A DNA stretch of 64,000 bases, taken from the NCBI RefSeq assembly GCF_000143415.4, contig NW_003314271.1, forward strand, positions 2,214,806 through 2,278,805, written 5' to 3'. Numbering within the stretch: position 1 is the first letter of the stretch; each line of letters starts with the position of its first letter. Shown in pieces: positions 12,038 to 23,457 of the stretch. The stretch is from Selaginella moellendorffii. Lineage: Eukaryota; Plantae; Lycopodiophyta. Both the position numbers and the translations under genes were made by a program. The notes beneath the pieces are model-generated. The model was given only the letters and a program-made list of their open reading frames with translations. It searched no databases and had not been told where the DNA came from.

Positions 12038-12518
12038 AGTCAAATATCAAAATTAGGGATGCCGGATGCTTTAAAAACAGCTCATCTTTAGCCGCCTCTT
12101 TTAGGGTTCTTCGTTTAGGGTTCTTTCTTGCGCCGTGATGAGCTTCTTGCTCCAATCTGACACCTCTTGTAGGAGGGCGCCCTTGAGGCGCTCGTTGAAC
12201 GGTAGCTTTCTCTGAGCGCGCTCTCTCTCTCTCTTCTTGTTCTCGAGATTTCTAGTTTTCCTGTGCCGGGATGAATTAAACAAGAATTTTTTGTCAAGCT
12301 CAACAGTCTGAATCCACAGCGTGTTGAGAAATTCTAGTTCTGAGCACTCTGGTTAGAAATCTCGCGGATTGCGATCGATGAGCTCGATTTATTCTGTTTC
12401 GCCGATCAAACCCGTCCGATCAAACCATCAACAAATTCAGGCTAAACATAAACTACTAATTGACTTCATCCAGGCCGTCCGATTACGGCCAGGCCAAGGG
12501 AGCCCTAAATCCTTGTCA

Positions 12519-14679
12519 ATGGCTTGTTGTACAGCGGGTGGGCTGCGCCTCCTCGCGCATTCTTCCTCCGCTTCTTCTCCCGGCGATTCACCAGCTAGGA
12601 TCTCCTGCAAGGCGGTGGAGCAGCGGCATTCCACTGCATTGGCGGCGAAGAATCGAGCACCGGCAGCTCCAAATCCGCTGGTTCTGGAAGCGCAGGGGCG
12701 CGTGTGCACGGGCCAGACGCAGACGCGGCCGCTGGGCGAGGATCAAGCCTTCAAGGTGCTGCAAACGATCGCTCGATCAGGTTTGCGCGAAATATTTCCC
12801 GAGCAAAGCGAAAATTTTGCCATTTCTTTGCAGCCAGGGAAGAGATTCCCGACGATGAGCGCGTGTCGGGAGCGCAGCTGGGGGCGTTCTTCGCCGCGAT
12901 GGCGATCCGATCGGCCTCGTTTCCTCGCGACACGCAGTGGAGCGAGGGAGAGCGCAAGGCCATGCGGCAGTTTTGGCCGCAGCTCGTCCAGATCTTGCCC
13001 CCCGACGTGCTCTTCGTGGCCGATCCCGACGGTACTCTGATGGAGGATGTGCTACACTCTGGCTTGAGCTTTGTCGGCCGAGGCCCCGTGGAGATGCGCC
13101 TTGTTGGTGCTCTCCGGGAGATGCTACGCGGCGACCATCTTGGCTTTGAAGAGATCGTCGGCATCTTGAGAGACTTGCTACCACTTGGGGAAGATGGGGA
13201 TGGATCGAAAGTCAGTGATGTGTTGGTGGCAGCGTTCTTGATTGCTCTGCGAATGAATGGGGAGACAGACCGGGAGCTCAAAGCGTTTTGCATGGCATTC
13301 GACGACGAGCTTGGTAAAGTTCCTCTTCTTGGTTTTTCTTCTTTGATGTTTCATTCTTCCAGGCGAGCTTCCTGTTGCGAACGTGAGCTCTTTGACTCAC
13401 TATGGCGAGCCGTATGATGGGAATACCAGGTTCTTCCGGAGCACCCTGTTCGTGGCCGCCGTGCGAGCGAGCTATGGTGAGTGTTGTCTGCTCCATGGTG
13501 TCGATCGCATGCCTCCTAAGGTAGGAGTGCTCTGCTTCTACTGACATTCTGACGAACTTAGTTACAGTGGGGAGTGACGGAAGAGCAGATGCTCAACAAG
13601 TTAGGCGCTGCTACAACGCTGTCCCCCGCAGAAGCCGCAAGTCTTCTTGAGGTTCGTCCTCATAGCATTCTGATCGACGCACTACTTAGGCATGGTTTGT
13701 GCAGGATGTTGGTTTTGCTTACGTTAGTCAACGAGAAGCACGAAAGTCCTTGTAAGGTTGGACATGAAATTGTCTTAGTTAGTCTGATAGTTCTCACTGA
13801 TGGCAGGTATTCTCTTCTGGACATTAGGGAGCACATAAAAAAGAGACCAACCGTGGCCACCACTGAGAAGGTCCAGCGGTACGTGAAGGTATTGCTTTGG
13901 TTACCATATTTTTTATCCTTTTCAGCAAAAGCATGGCAGGCATCTGGCCGGGAAGCAATTGTCACAGGTTTTTATCACCAGGGATACGAAGAACCTTTGT
14001 TGATGCTTATGCGTAGGAGAGGAGTTGATGCTGGTCTTATAGTAAAAGTAAGCAAAACGTTTTCTTGATCGTGGCTCAGCCCAGCTACACCCGTTTGGCA
14101 GGGTGAAGAAGGGGCATTGTCTTTGACGACAAAATCACCATCTCCTGATGCCACCATCAGAGGTCATCCATTGAACTTCTGTGCTGGATTTCGTCCACCA
14201 AGCTCTACCTCCAACGTTGCTGCACAAAACATTGATGGTAATATTTTATCTATAGTGATGTGGCATTGTGAGTTCTCTCCAGGTATACTTCGTGAAACTT
14301 TCAGCAAAACTCTAAACGCTACAGACTTTCACTTTGAATCAACACTGACACCCAGACTGGAAAGGCCGGTAAGCATTGTTTCTCTTGTGATAACTAACTT
14401 CAATAACTTGCTGTGTTCCAGAGGCAGCTAGAGAACAACATTGAGCACGGCTTGACAGCTCTGAGGGGTGTCAAAGGGGCGGCTTACGATCGCATTGTCT
14501 TCAACGCTGCCATGGTAGACAACCTTCTGGGATGCAGCGGAGCCAGCGACCCATTTGCCGCGATCGAGAGAGCGAGAGAAGCGATTGATAGCGGCAAACC
14601 TCTCAAGCTCCTCATGCGCTACGTCTCGTCTAGTAGTAAGTGTGTTTCCACTTCATCTCGAAGGATTCGAGAGCACTAA
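12519..14679 (+). CDS. Anthranilate phosphoribosyltransferase-like protein (glycosyltransferase family 3, At1g70570-like), plastid transit peptide
   Basis: LEAQGRVCTGQTQTRPL, AQLGAFFAAM, YGEPYDGNTRFFRS, REHIKKRP and GFYHQGYEEPL across short introns. Confidence 0.88.
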
Positions 14680-14779
14680 GCTTTGTTGGAACTTAAACTA
14701 ATAATAATCATAATAAACATAATCATAATAATAAAGTATATTATAATTCTGCCCTAATAAAGAACAAGGAGAAGAAAAG

Positions 14780-16420
14780 ATGGAGTCAGGTAATGGATGG
14801 GATGATTGCATCTTTGGTGAAGAATTCATGGATATGAGGGAGGAAACAAAGAAAGACTTTGATGTGCGGTCCAAAACCAAGGATGCCGAGCTGGGGGATT
14901 GGGAGCTTATTGCTGACTTTTGGGGTTTTGAGAATAAGCTTGAGGTGGAGAAACCGCGTGAGACGCTTAAGGAGTGGCTCCTCTCAATCGTGCTTCGTTA
15001 TAACATCATGTCTTCACTTTTTGATCGGGAGGAGCTTCGCCAAGCACAAGAAAGCGCAAAAAAGATAGAAACAGCAAATGCCAATAACGAGAATCGCCCA
15101 CTTGAAAATCCTGACCGCCATCGCCGAGATCTTCCGCTGCTTGCAAATGCCGCCCGTGAAGAACCATTCTTCACGACGTGTAGCAGCAAAACTTTCGAGA
15201 GGACAGGGGTAATGATCCCCTCGTATCGTGGCGGTGTCGATCAATTTGTACTCCCTCATTCACGAAGAAATCGACTGAAAGAGGAGACGAGAGATGCTAA
15301 GTTGAAGGAGGCGGTGATGAACTTTTCCACGGCGTGGATGAAAACAATCCCTCCTCCCAGAGAGGTGGCGGAGTTTGAGCTCACGGATTCATGCAAGCTG
15401 GTGATCCAGGGCGGAGATATCACGCGCTGGTTCAAGGATGGCCATAGCGATGCAATCGTCAATGCCGCTAACGAGCTCATGCTTGGTGGAGGCGGCGTGG
15501 ATGGAGGTAAGCTTCGTTCTTTTCTTTCTGGGACTGGATTCTTGATCTCTTTCTCTTCTATCATGGTCTTTTGGATTGCTTTTCTTGGTCATAGATTCTC
15601 TTTGTCCATACATCCATTCTCTTTGTCCATGAATGGATTCTTTCACCTATAGCTTGAAAAGCTTGAGAATTATGTGTGGATCCTTGCGAAGTTTTGTTCT
15701 TCCAGAATTTCTCTTATCCTTTCTTTTGCATTGCAGCGATCCATGAAGCGGCGGGACCAGATCTTTATAAAGCCTGCAAAACATTGCCTCTGGTGGCACC
15801 AAGAACACGCTGCCCTGTGGGACAAGCTAGAGAAACGCCGTAAGTTTCGATCTCTTCTTGGACAAAAGTTCTTTCGATCGCTCGCAGTGCCTTTCGATTG
15901 CCTGTCCGGCGGATCATCCACACGGTTGGGCCGACGTATCACAGATCTACCAGGATGAAAGCAGCAGCTTTGCTGCGAGACGCATACTGGTATGTAACAG
16001 CTCTTAAGTAGAATCTTTTGCTTTTCTGCCTGACCAGTTGCTCTTAACAGCAACTCACTCGAGCTTGCGAGAGAGAAAGGCGTCAAATGCATTGCATTTC
16101 CAGCCATCTCGTGTGGAGTTTACGGGTAAAAGCTGAACATTAGTTTCTCTCTTTTCTTCGCTTTATAATCTTTCTTTGCTAAAGCTATGCTCCTTTTTTT
16201 TTTGGCAGATACCCTGTGTATGAAGGTGCTGAGATTGCTTTGAGAACAGTATATGAAAATGCTGCTGGGTTTGAAGAGGTACATAACAAATATATGAATG
16301 TTTGTATGACCTTTAACTCTCTATTTTCTGTGCTGTGTATAGGTACACTTCGTCCTGATGGACAAGCATGCAAGGCAAGCATGGTTAAAGTCAGCCCAGA
16401 GAAATCTGGATCCAAGCTAA
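14780..16420 (+). CDS. Macro domain (ADP-ribose/Appr-1-p processing) protein with long acidic N-terminal extension
   Basis: Spliced GDITRW...DAIVNAAN..MLGGGGVDGAIH, HTVGP and IAFPAISCGVYGYP. Ends ...AQRNLDPS* at 16420. Confidence 0.9.
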
Positions 16421-16475
16421 CAAATGGGATAAAAAAGAAAAGATATTCCTTAAATTGCAAGATTACCAAGACCTA

Positions 16476-17737
16476 ATGAAGATGAAACCTTTTCCCTGGA
16501 TGTCAAGTTTCTCCTTGGAGACATGTGATGGATTTAGAACTGTGGCATGAACTTGCAGATGCAGATTTCTACTCAGGAGTAGCATCGTTTCACTACATGG
16601 GTCGTATACATACTGGCAAGCTGTCGAAGATTTGGAAGCACCATTGTACTACACCAACAGAAAAGATGGCCTCCGGGCTACGGGAAAACTGTTAGCCTTA
16701 TCACCACGGTTACCTTTATCTTCGGAGTGTGAAAAAGTGCAGCGGAGAGGTATTTAGCACAGTACATGTTGCATTCGTGTTCTGGGGTAGGTATTTCTCA
16801 GTCCAGTGTCACGGAGGATGGATTGAAAGCTAAGGCGGTGGTGATGCAGCTGGAAAGAGTGAGAGAGAATGGTAATAACTTGAGTTCGTGCTGCATGGGC
16901 TGATTGATGGCTGTGCTGCGTTTGCAGGATCCTGATTCATATAATGTTTCAAAATTCAAACCATCGCTTCTTACTGCTCTCGGGTGAAAGCTTTGCTTGG
17001 AATTCTCGTGAAACGCTGTTTGCATGTTTTGGCTTACATCAAGGACCCTGAAGCTCCTGCGATGCTTCAAGACTTGAATTCTGAAAGCAAATACCGATTT
17101 TTATATTTGAGGAGCGAGACTGTGCACATCATTCTTTATGATGGAGCTGTGCTTGATGATGAAGGTACGGAGACGAGAAATGGCAAGAGATCTGCTTTCA
17201 AGTTTCTTCTGTTACTCCAGAAAAGGAACGTGAAGCTCATCATCTGTGCATCTGCCGGAAACAAATTGAGGAAGCTGGTACTGAAAGAATTGGCGAGGTA
17301 TTACTCCGCGGCTGGAGGATTTTATGTGAGTAAACTCGTTTTCATTCACTCTCTGATCACTTCAACTTCCAGGAGAAGGAAGTATGCAAGTTCATCTTTC
17401 GGGTAACTGGAGAAACCATAAGCGTGCAAGATCTATGTATCAAAAAACAGGCTGGGTGCCAAGGCTGGTTGCTCAATTCGTTCTGGACAAGCAAGCCTTT
17501 AGAGGCACAATAGAGTTATACGCTGCCATGCTCCACCGCTACATAACTCGCGTGGAAGAGCAGAAGCACGCGCTGGCGAGGGATACTGCTATAGCAGGAA
17601 GAGCCATTGCGCCACAGTGGATAGCGGGTGCTTCTTTCGAGGACGAGATGGAAAGGCAGTGTTTGACGCCTTATTTGCATTCACGGGCGCTGAGTTTCAT
17701 CGCAAAGCGCGCCCGTGTTTGTTGGGGAGGAATCTGA
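16476..17737 (+). pseudogene. Degenerate P-loop NTPase gene, Crinkler-associated (CR-NTPase)-like
   Basis: Broken frames carry LAYIKDP, HIILYDG (Walker B-like), LIICASAGN, GGF..E and YQKTGWVPRLV in the order recalled for CR-NTPases. Stops and frameshifts near 16985 and ~17390. No intact Walker A. Confidence 0.45.
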
Positions 17738-17789
17738 AGATCAAGAGGCAGAGGAGGACCCAATGGATTCTGACTAGATGACTAGCAAA

Positions 17790-17932
17790 ACGTCAATGAT
17801 AGTCAAAATAAGTCTCTTTCAATGCAAGTCAAACAAAAGTCAATGAATCCAATAGAATGATGACGTCAAACAAAAGTCAAACAAAGTCAAATAAAGGTCA
17901 AATAAAGTCTAATATAGTCAAATTCAAGTCAT
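17790..17932. repeat. ~10-11 bp period minisatellite of (A/G)GTCAAA units
   Basis: aagtcaaacaaaagtcaa...gtcaaacaaagtcaaataaaggtcaaataaagtctaatatagtcaaa. Confidence 0.8.
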
Positions 17933-17997
17933 TTTCAAAAACCCATTTCCTGCCGTCGGATTGTTCCCCAAGCTCTGTTACTTAATTTTGTCTTTGT

Positions 17998-19398
17998 TCA
18001 TCCCTTGAGGCCCAGAGCAAACGAGAGCTTTGGGCGAGCGTTCTTCTTGCCCAAGATCTTCATTTGCTCCTCTCGCTCCAGCTCCTCTTCCAGCTTTCTC
18101 CTCCGCATTATCTCGTCCTTTCGCCGCTGGATCGCCTCCAGCTCTCGGTACCGCTCCTCCTCTTTTCGAGCTCGCTCTTCCGCCTCTCGCTTCTGTGCTT
18201 CCTCCACTTTCCTTTTGTTGTCCTCCAGCATCCGATCCAAATCTTCCTTGTCTTTGCGCTCTTGCTCCTGGAAAAGAAGAAAACTTTAGAGGAAGGAAGA
18301 AAAACGAGATGAGACAATCACCTCTTTCGTTCGCGTAGCTCTCAAGGCGGCCTCTCGCTCCCTTGCCAGCTGCGCGTTCACGTCCTGGATCATCTTCTTG
18401 CGGCCTTCGTCGATCCTCATCTGTATTTCCTTTTGGATTTCGTCCGAGTCCAGCACCTCCTGGACCCGTTTCCGGATGGCCTCGTCCACTCTCCGAGTGG
18501 TTTCCTCCTCAATGAGCTTGAGCTCGGCCTCTTGCTGTCTCCTAGTAATATAGAACCATTAGGATGTTTCACGCAAAGCCAGGCAACTCCAAATGCGATT
18601 TAACTAGTATGCAGAGACGCGTTTTCCAGCCATTCGAAGAGAAACCGATGCTGGAAAAACGCACAAGATCACCACAGCACCTCTTGTAGAAACCAACCAA
18701 CCCGGTGTGAAGAGCACCGAAGTGTTCTGCGCTGCCGGATCACCGTGTCTAGAAGAGTTGAGCTCCACTGTACAAAACCATGATTAACAGACCGGGGGGG
18801 TCCTCAAAGATCTCAATGGCTGCTTTTCTCTTTCTCGACGCTTACCGCTCACTGCCCTCCACAGCAGTGACTTGGGATTCAGTAGCTACTAACAGGCGAC
18901 GAAGAATTCTTCATAGTACTGAGAGCCAGAGGCAAACACACCAACCTTTTCTTTTCGAGGTCTTCTTCTCTGTCTCTGTCTCTGTCTCGTCTGGATTTGT
19001 TAAGGCCGGGGCTACGAGATCTATAGCTCGGTGAGCGAGAGCGGCTTCGGCTTATAGCGCGTCGCTTGGATCTTCTGGGAGATGGTGTTCTACAAGACAA
19101 AAGAGTGTTAGAAATCCAGTATTTTCCATTCTTCGCAGTAGTGGAAGTTTACTCGCAAACGTCCACCGGGTTTTCGTGTAAAAGACGAGTTCTTTGGGAA
19201 GAATCAGTCACAAAGACCAGCCCCAAACGATTCATTCAAAGAGGGCAGCTTCTCAAATCGCTCGACCCGAAAGAAAATCCCCGAAGAAAATCGATACCTG
19301 TGTGGAGAGCGCCTGCTGTTGCGCCGAGCGGGCGGCGATCGGCGCTTCCGGCCCGATGGAGGCGGCGATGGCGACGAGGATCTACTCAAGCGCGGCAT
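17998..19398 (-). CDS. ARGLU1: Arginine/glutamate-rich protein 1 (UPF0430) homolog, splicing regulator
   Basis: RS-rich N-terminus (MPRLSRSSSPSPP..., SRSRSRSPS), RRQQEAELKLIEEETTRRV coiled coil and C-terminal ILGKKNARPKLSF. Confidence 0.88.
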
Positions 19399-19761
19399 CC
19401 CACAAGCCCTAGAAAACGGGGAAATTAGGGTTCTCTTCTCTCCTTTTTTCTTTTCTCCCTTTTTTTTCAAAAAAAACACTAGGGTAGGGTTTTGGGCGCC
19501 ATCAGTGGAGCTGCAGTGCGATGCTGCCGCCCCAGCTGCGGTGATTGTGAGTACTCCCAGATCGATTCTTTTCGATACCTCTGCTGGATTTTTTCGTATT
19601 GAGATTTCGATCGCTCGCTCGCGCTTCTGTCCCTCGATCGACGCTGGAATCGTGGGATTGGGCGCCAATGCAGGTCCGCCACGAGCGCGCATTGGGATAG
19701 AATGATGTCGTGGTGCTTTGACCATGCATTAGCTTACCTCTATCATCTCTCGGCTTGCTTC

Positions 19762-20837
19762 ATGGGCTGCTTTGTGTCCAAGGAAGAAAAGCTTCAGTAT
19801 GACGTTGAAGACTTTAAATCGATCGCCGAAGACTCTACATGTAGTTTCTCGCTTCTGTTCTTCTTTTTCTTCATTTTTCCTGTGTGTGATTCATTGTTGG
19901 AATTCGCTGATGGTCTTTCTTTTTTCTTCTCGCAGTCGGTGTCAGCGAGGTCGAGGCTTTATACGAGCTCTTCAAGAAGATAAGCAGCGCGGTTCTGGAC
20001 GATGGACTTATCAACAAGGCGAGTTTCTTAGTTTTCTATTCGCTCTTTCCGCATTTTTCTTCAATCATGTAAACTAAAAAACTAATCTTTGCAGGAGGAA
20101 TTTAAGTTGGCGCTGTTTAAGAACAGTAGGAAAGAAAGTATGTTCGCCGACAGAGTAAGTGACACTCTAGTGTTTCCCCGTTTTTTTGTTTTTCTTTTTG
20201 TTTGTTTCTTCTTGACAGTCTACTGCTCATTTACAGGTGTTCGATTTATTTGATGTGAAGAGGAATGGTGCTCTTGACTTTGGGGAATTTGCGAGAGCGC
20301 TGTCGATATTCCATCCGAATGCGCCTGTGGATCAAAAAATAGACTGTGAGTAACTTAGAGTTTATGTTCGTCAGCCGTTTTTATCGTTTTCCTTTGCTGT
20401 GAAGTTGCATTTCAGCTATATGATTTCCGACACGAAGGCTTTATCCAGCGATCAGAGGTGAAGCGAATGGTCGTGGCAACGCTTGCCGAGTCTGGTGTAA
20501 ATTTATCCGACGAAGTCGTGGAGAACATTATCGATAAGGTATTCTCTCACGCGCGTATACATGCCTCAAATCTCGCATACTTTCGAAATTTTTTCATTGA
20601 CAGACCTTCGAGGAGGCCGACACGAAGCACGACGGCAAAATCGACAAGGACGAGTGGAGGAGCCTCGTTCAGCACCATCCGTCGCTCTTGAAAAACATGA
20701 ACCTCCCGTATCTGAAGTAAGCTTTAAGTTTCCGGCTAGCTGTGATTCCCAAACTTTTGGTTTGTTTTGTATACTCCAGGGACATCACCACTACTTTCCC
20801 GAGCTTTATATTCTACTCCCAAGTTGAGGACACATAA
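19762..20837 (+). CDS. CBL: Calcineurin B-like calcium sensor
   Basis: MGCFVSK myristoylation/palmitoylation start, [15 protein letters not shown] hands and C-terminal [13 protein letters not shown] motif. Confidence 0.95.
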
Positions 20838-21196
20838 GTGAAGGTGATTCGATTCTTTTCCTTTAAACTTTTCCGTAGCTTTGCTTGCATTTTCTCTTTG
20901 GAGGAACTCCTTTAAAAGAGTTGTGTAGAAATCGCCTGTAACGTTTCATCGATTGACTTGTTTATGGCTTTCGCAGTCTTCCCGAATTAAATGAAGCACT
21001 ATCTCCCATCTCTCCTCCAGGCCGAGTTTTTTTTCTATGCGGCAGCGTGCAAAACCAGGCAAGTATCGAATAGGGAGTGTTGACAACATTGTCGCGAAGA
21101 GCTACGAAAAATTCGTATTTTTATGCCCGCGGTCCCAATGCTTGAAAGGGACGCGAGGCACCGTTGGATGCTCTCATCTAATGACTCGTGTTTTAT

Positions 21197-21268
21197 CCAC
21201 GTCACAAAGGGCTTGGCCGTCCACGTGTCATGGGCATGCCCATGGGCTATTTCCATGCATCACGTAAC
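21197..21268 (+). promoter_or_regulatory. ACGT-core (G-box/ABRE) cluster plus 16 bp palindrome upstream of the RING gene
   Basis: ccacgtca, ccacgtgtc and tcacgtaa; perfect palindrome catgggcatgcccatg at 21229-21244. Confidence 0.45.
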
Positions 21269-21534
21269 GGAAAGCTCGCGAAATCACAGGCGTTGGATGC
21301 TTAAAGTTCTGGAACTGTTTGCCGTGCAGGGCTGCTCCTAGCCGTCGGATCCAGATTCCGACGGTCGTGTGGCGCATCCGCCGTCCAAACCTCGTAAAGG
21401 AAGGGCGGCAAACTATTCCGGGTCTTGAGTTTCTTTCTTTGATCATCCTATCAAGTGAGGAAGGGAGACTTCTCTCCTCCCCGTGGACAGGGAGAGAGAA
21501 GGGTGTGTGGCGCTAGGGTTTGTGGCGCGGGGCG

Positions 21535-23294
21535 ATGGCTTCGTCGGCGGCAGCGTTTGTGGAAGGCGGCGTCCAGGACGCTTGCGAGGACGCTTGCAGT
21601 ATCTGCTTGGAGAGCTTCGGCGATGCCGATCCGGCTGTGGTACGCCCCCCTCGAATTATTTTGCTTGGATTGTCTAGGGTCCGATCTATGTCGCGAGCCA
21701 TGGATTGATTGTGTCGTCAAAATTATGCGAATTCTTAGCTCCGCTTTGCAGATTACGTGTTGCAAGCATGAGTATCACCTCCAGTGCATTATAGAGTGGT
21801 AAGTTTTCTCCTTTTCCTTCGTTTATCTATCTTAGAGGTTTCTCGCAGGTCTCAAAGAAGTAAAGAATGCCCAATGTGTTGGCAAGCTCTCAGCTTAAAA
21901 GACCCAAACAGGTATAGTTTCTACTCTTTTGCTGTCACTTTGGAGCTTTCTCTTCTAACGAACTTCGTTTCCAGCCAAGAATTACTCGCTGCTGTGGAGC
22001 ATGAAAGGGCAATTCGCCAGAGCAGGATAGGTGTTTTTCCACCCGAGGGCTACGAACTTCATCGGGTAAGCTAAATCAAAGCCTCAAAGCTTTTCATGCT
22101 TTTAACTTTTTTTCTTCTCTTACACAATCGCAGCTAGCAGCTTATGGTGATGATTCTGACTTCGAAGAACGTATGATGCGCCATCTTACGTTTGTGACGA
22201 TGGGTAGAAGACAATTAGGAAGGAGGGATGGGAATGCAAATGCCGCCAGCGTTAGGCCTCCTTATGGTAATATGCCGCAACAGTTTGTGATCGTCCCAGC
22301 TCATGGGAATGCTCCCAGCAGCGGTGCTGTATCGGTGCCAGCCGGGAGCCTTTCTTTATCTCCATCGACTCCGAGTGTTACTACTTCAGACCTTCATGGC
22401 TCGCCTGTGACCCCTGACAGTGGCTCGTCATCGGTTGATTCAAGCAGCTTGAGGTGATAAATGCTTCTGCTCCTTTTCGCATGCTAAAAGTCCTTGCATT
22501 TCCTTTTACTTGATTTTACTTCTGGCAGGTCTCGAGGATCCCCACGCGTTTCTTTCACCGCTGCTTCCACTGCGGATAGCAACCGAAGATCTCCTGAAAC
22601 TCACTCCTTCTCGGAGTCTTGGAAGTCAAGATGGGCTGCTGCGTCCTCTAGGTGAGCGTTTGAAAGTTTTTTTTTTCTCGTTCTCTTACAAGCTTAGCTA
22701 TGTTATGGTGTTGCAGGTATAAAGAATCTTTCACTAAAACAACAAAAAGCTTTAGGGACAAATTGAGGATGCGAAATGGTAGCACAATGGCTGATTTTGG
22801 TGCTCGTGCCAGGGAAGTGAGCGCCGGTATGGTCCGAGCTCTCGAACGCATCTCGGTCGAGAAAGAAGAGAACGAAGCGGGAGCGACCGCCTCTCTCGCT
22901 CACCCTGCCGATCCTTCTCGTCAATCAGCAAGCACGGCCCAGCACCAGGATCACGCTGCTACGATCGAGACGACAACTTTCAGCGCTGCTTTGATCGCTC
23001 GAGAAACTCCCGGCCACGAAAGCAGCGAGAACGCTGTCGCCACCACCACCACCACCACCACCACCAGAGGTGCTGTACATAATACGACGACTGGTTCTAG
23101 CAAGATTGCTCCTCAGTCTCTCACAGACGAAGCGAGAGCTCCGTCCAAAGTAAGAAGAAAATCTCTCCTTTGATCAAGAGTGTTCTAACGCGCGCCTTTG
23201 GTTTTTTTTTTTAACTTATCTTTGCTAGAACATTGAGGAGAGCACTGTCCCTTCGCTCGAGGGCCAGCAAATCCACTTAGTTATGTCGACATGA
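21535..23294 (+). CDS. RHF2A: RING-H2 E3 ubiquitin ligase, RHF2A-like
   Basis: SAAAFVEGGVQDACEDACSICLE...CKHEYHLQCIIEWSQRSKECPMC, RYKESFTKTTK and AREVSAGMVRALER. An (ACC)n poly-Thr run lies at 23041-23064. The last exon is less certain. Confidence 0.88.
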
Positions 23295-23457
23295 GAGCGC
23301 CACACTCTAATAAGCAAAAGAGAGAAGATTTTAAACCCAGTGTTTTGGTGGTTCTTACTATGTAAATAATAACGAGAGTTTTTTTCGTAAGGTAAAAATA
23401 TTCTAGGGTTCTAGGGTTTTTGCGTTGGATCGATCGCGATCGCGATCGCGCGTCGCG

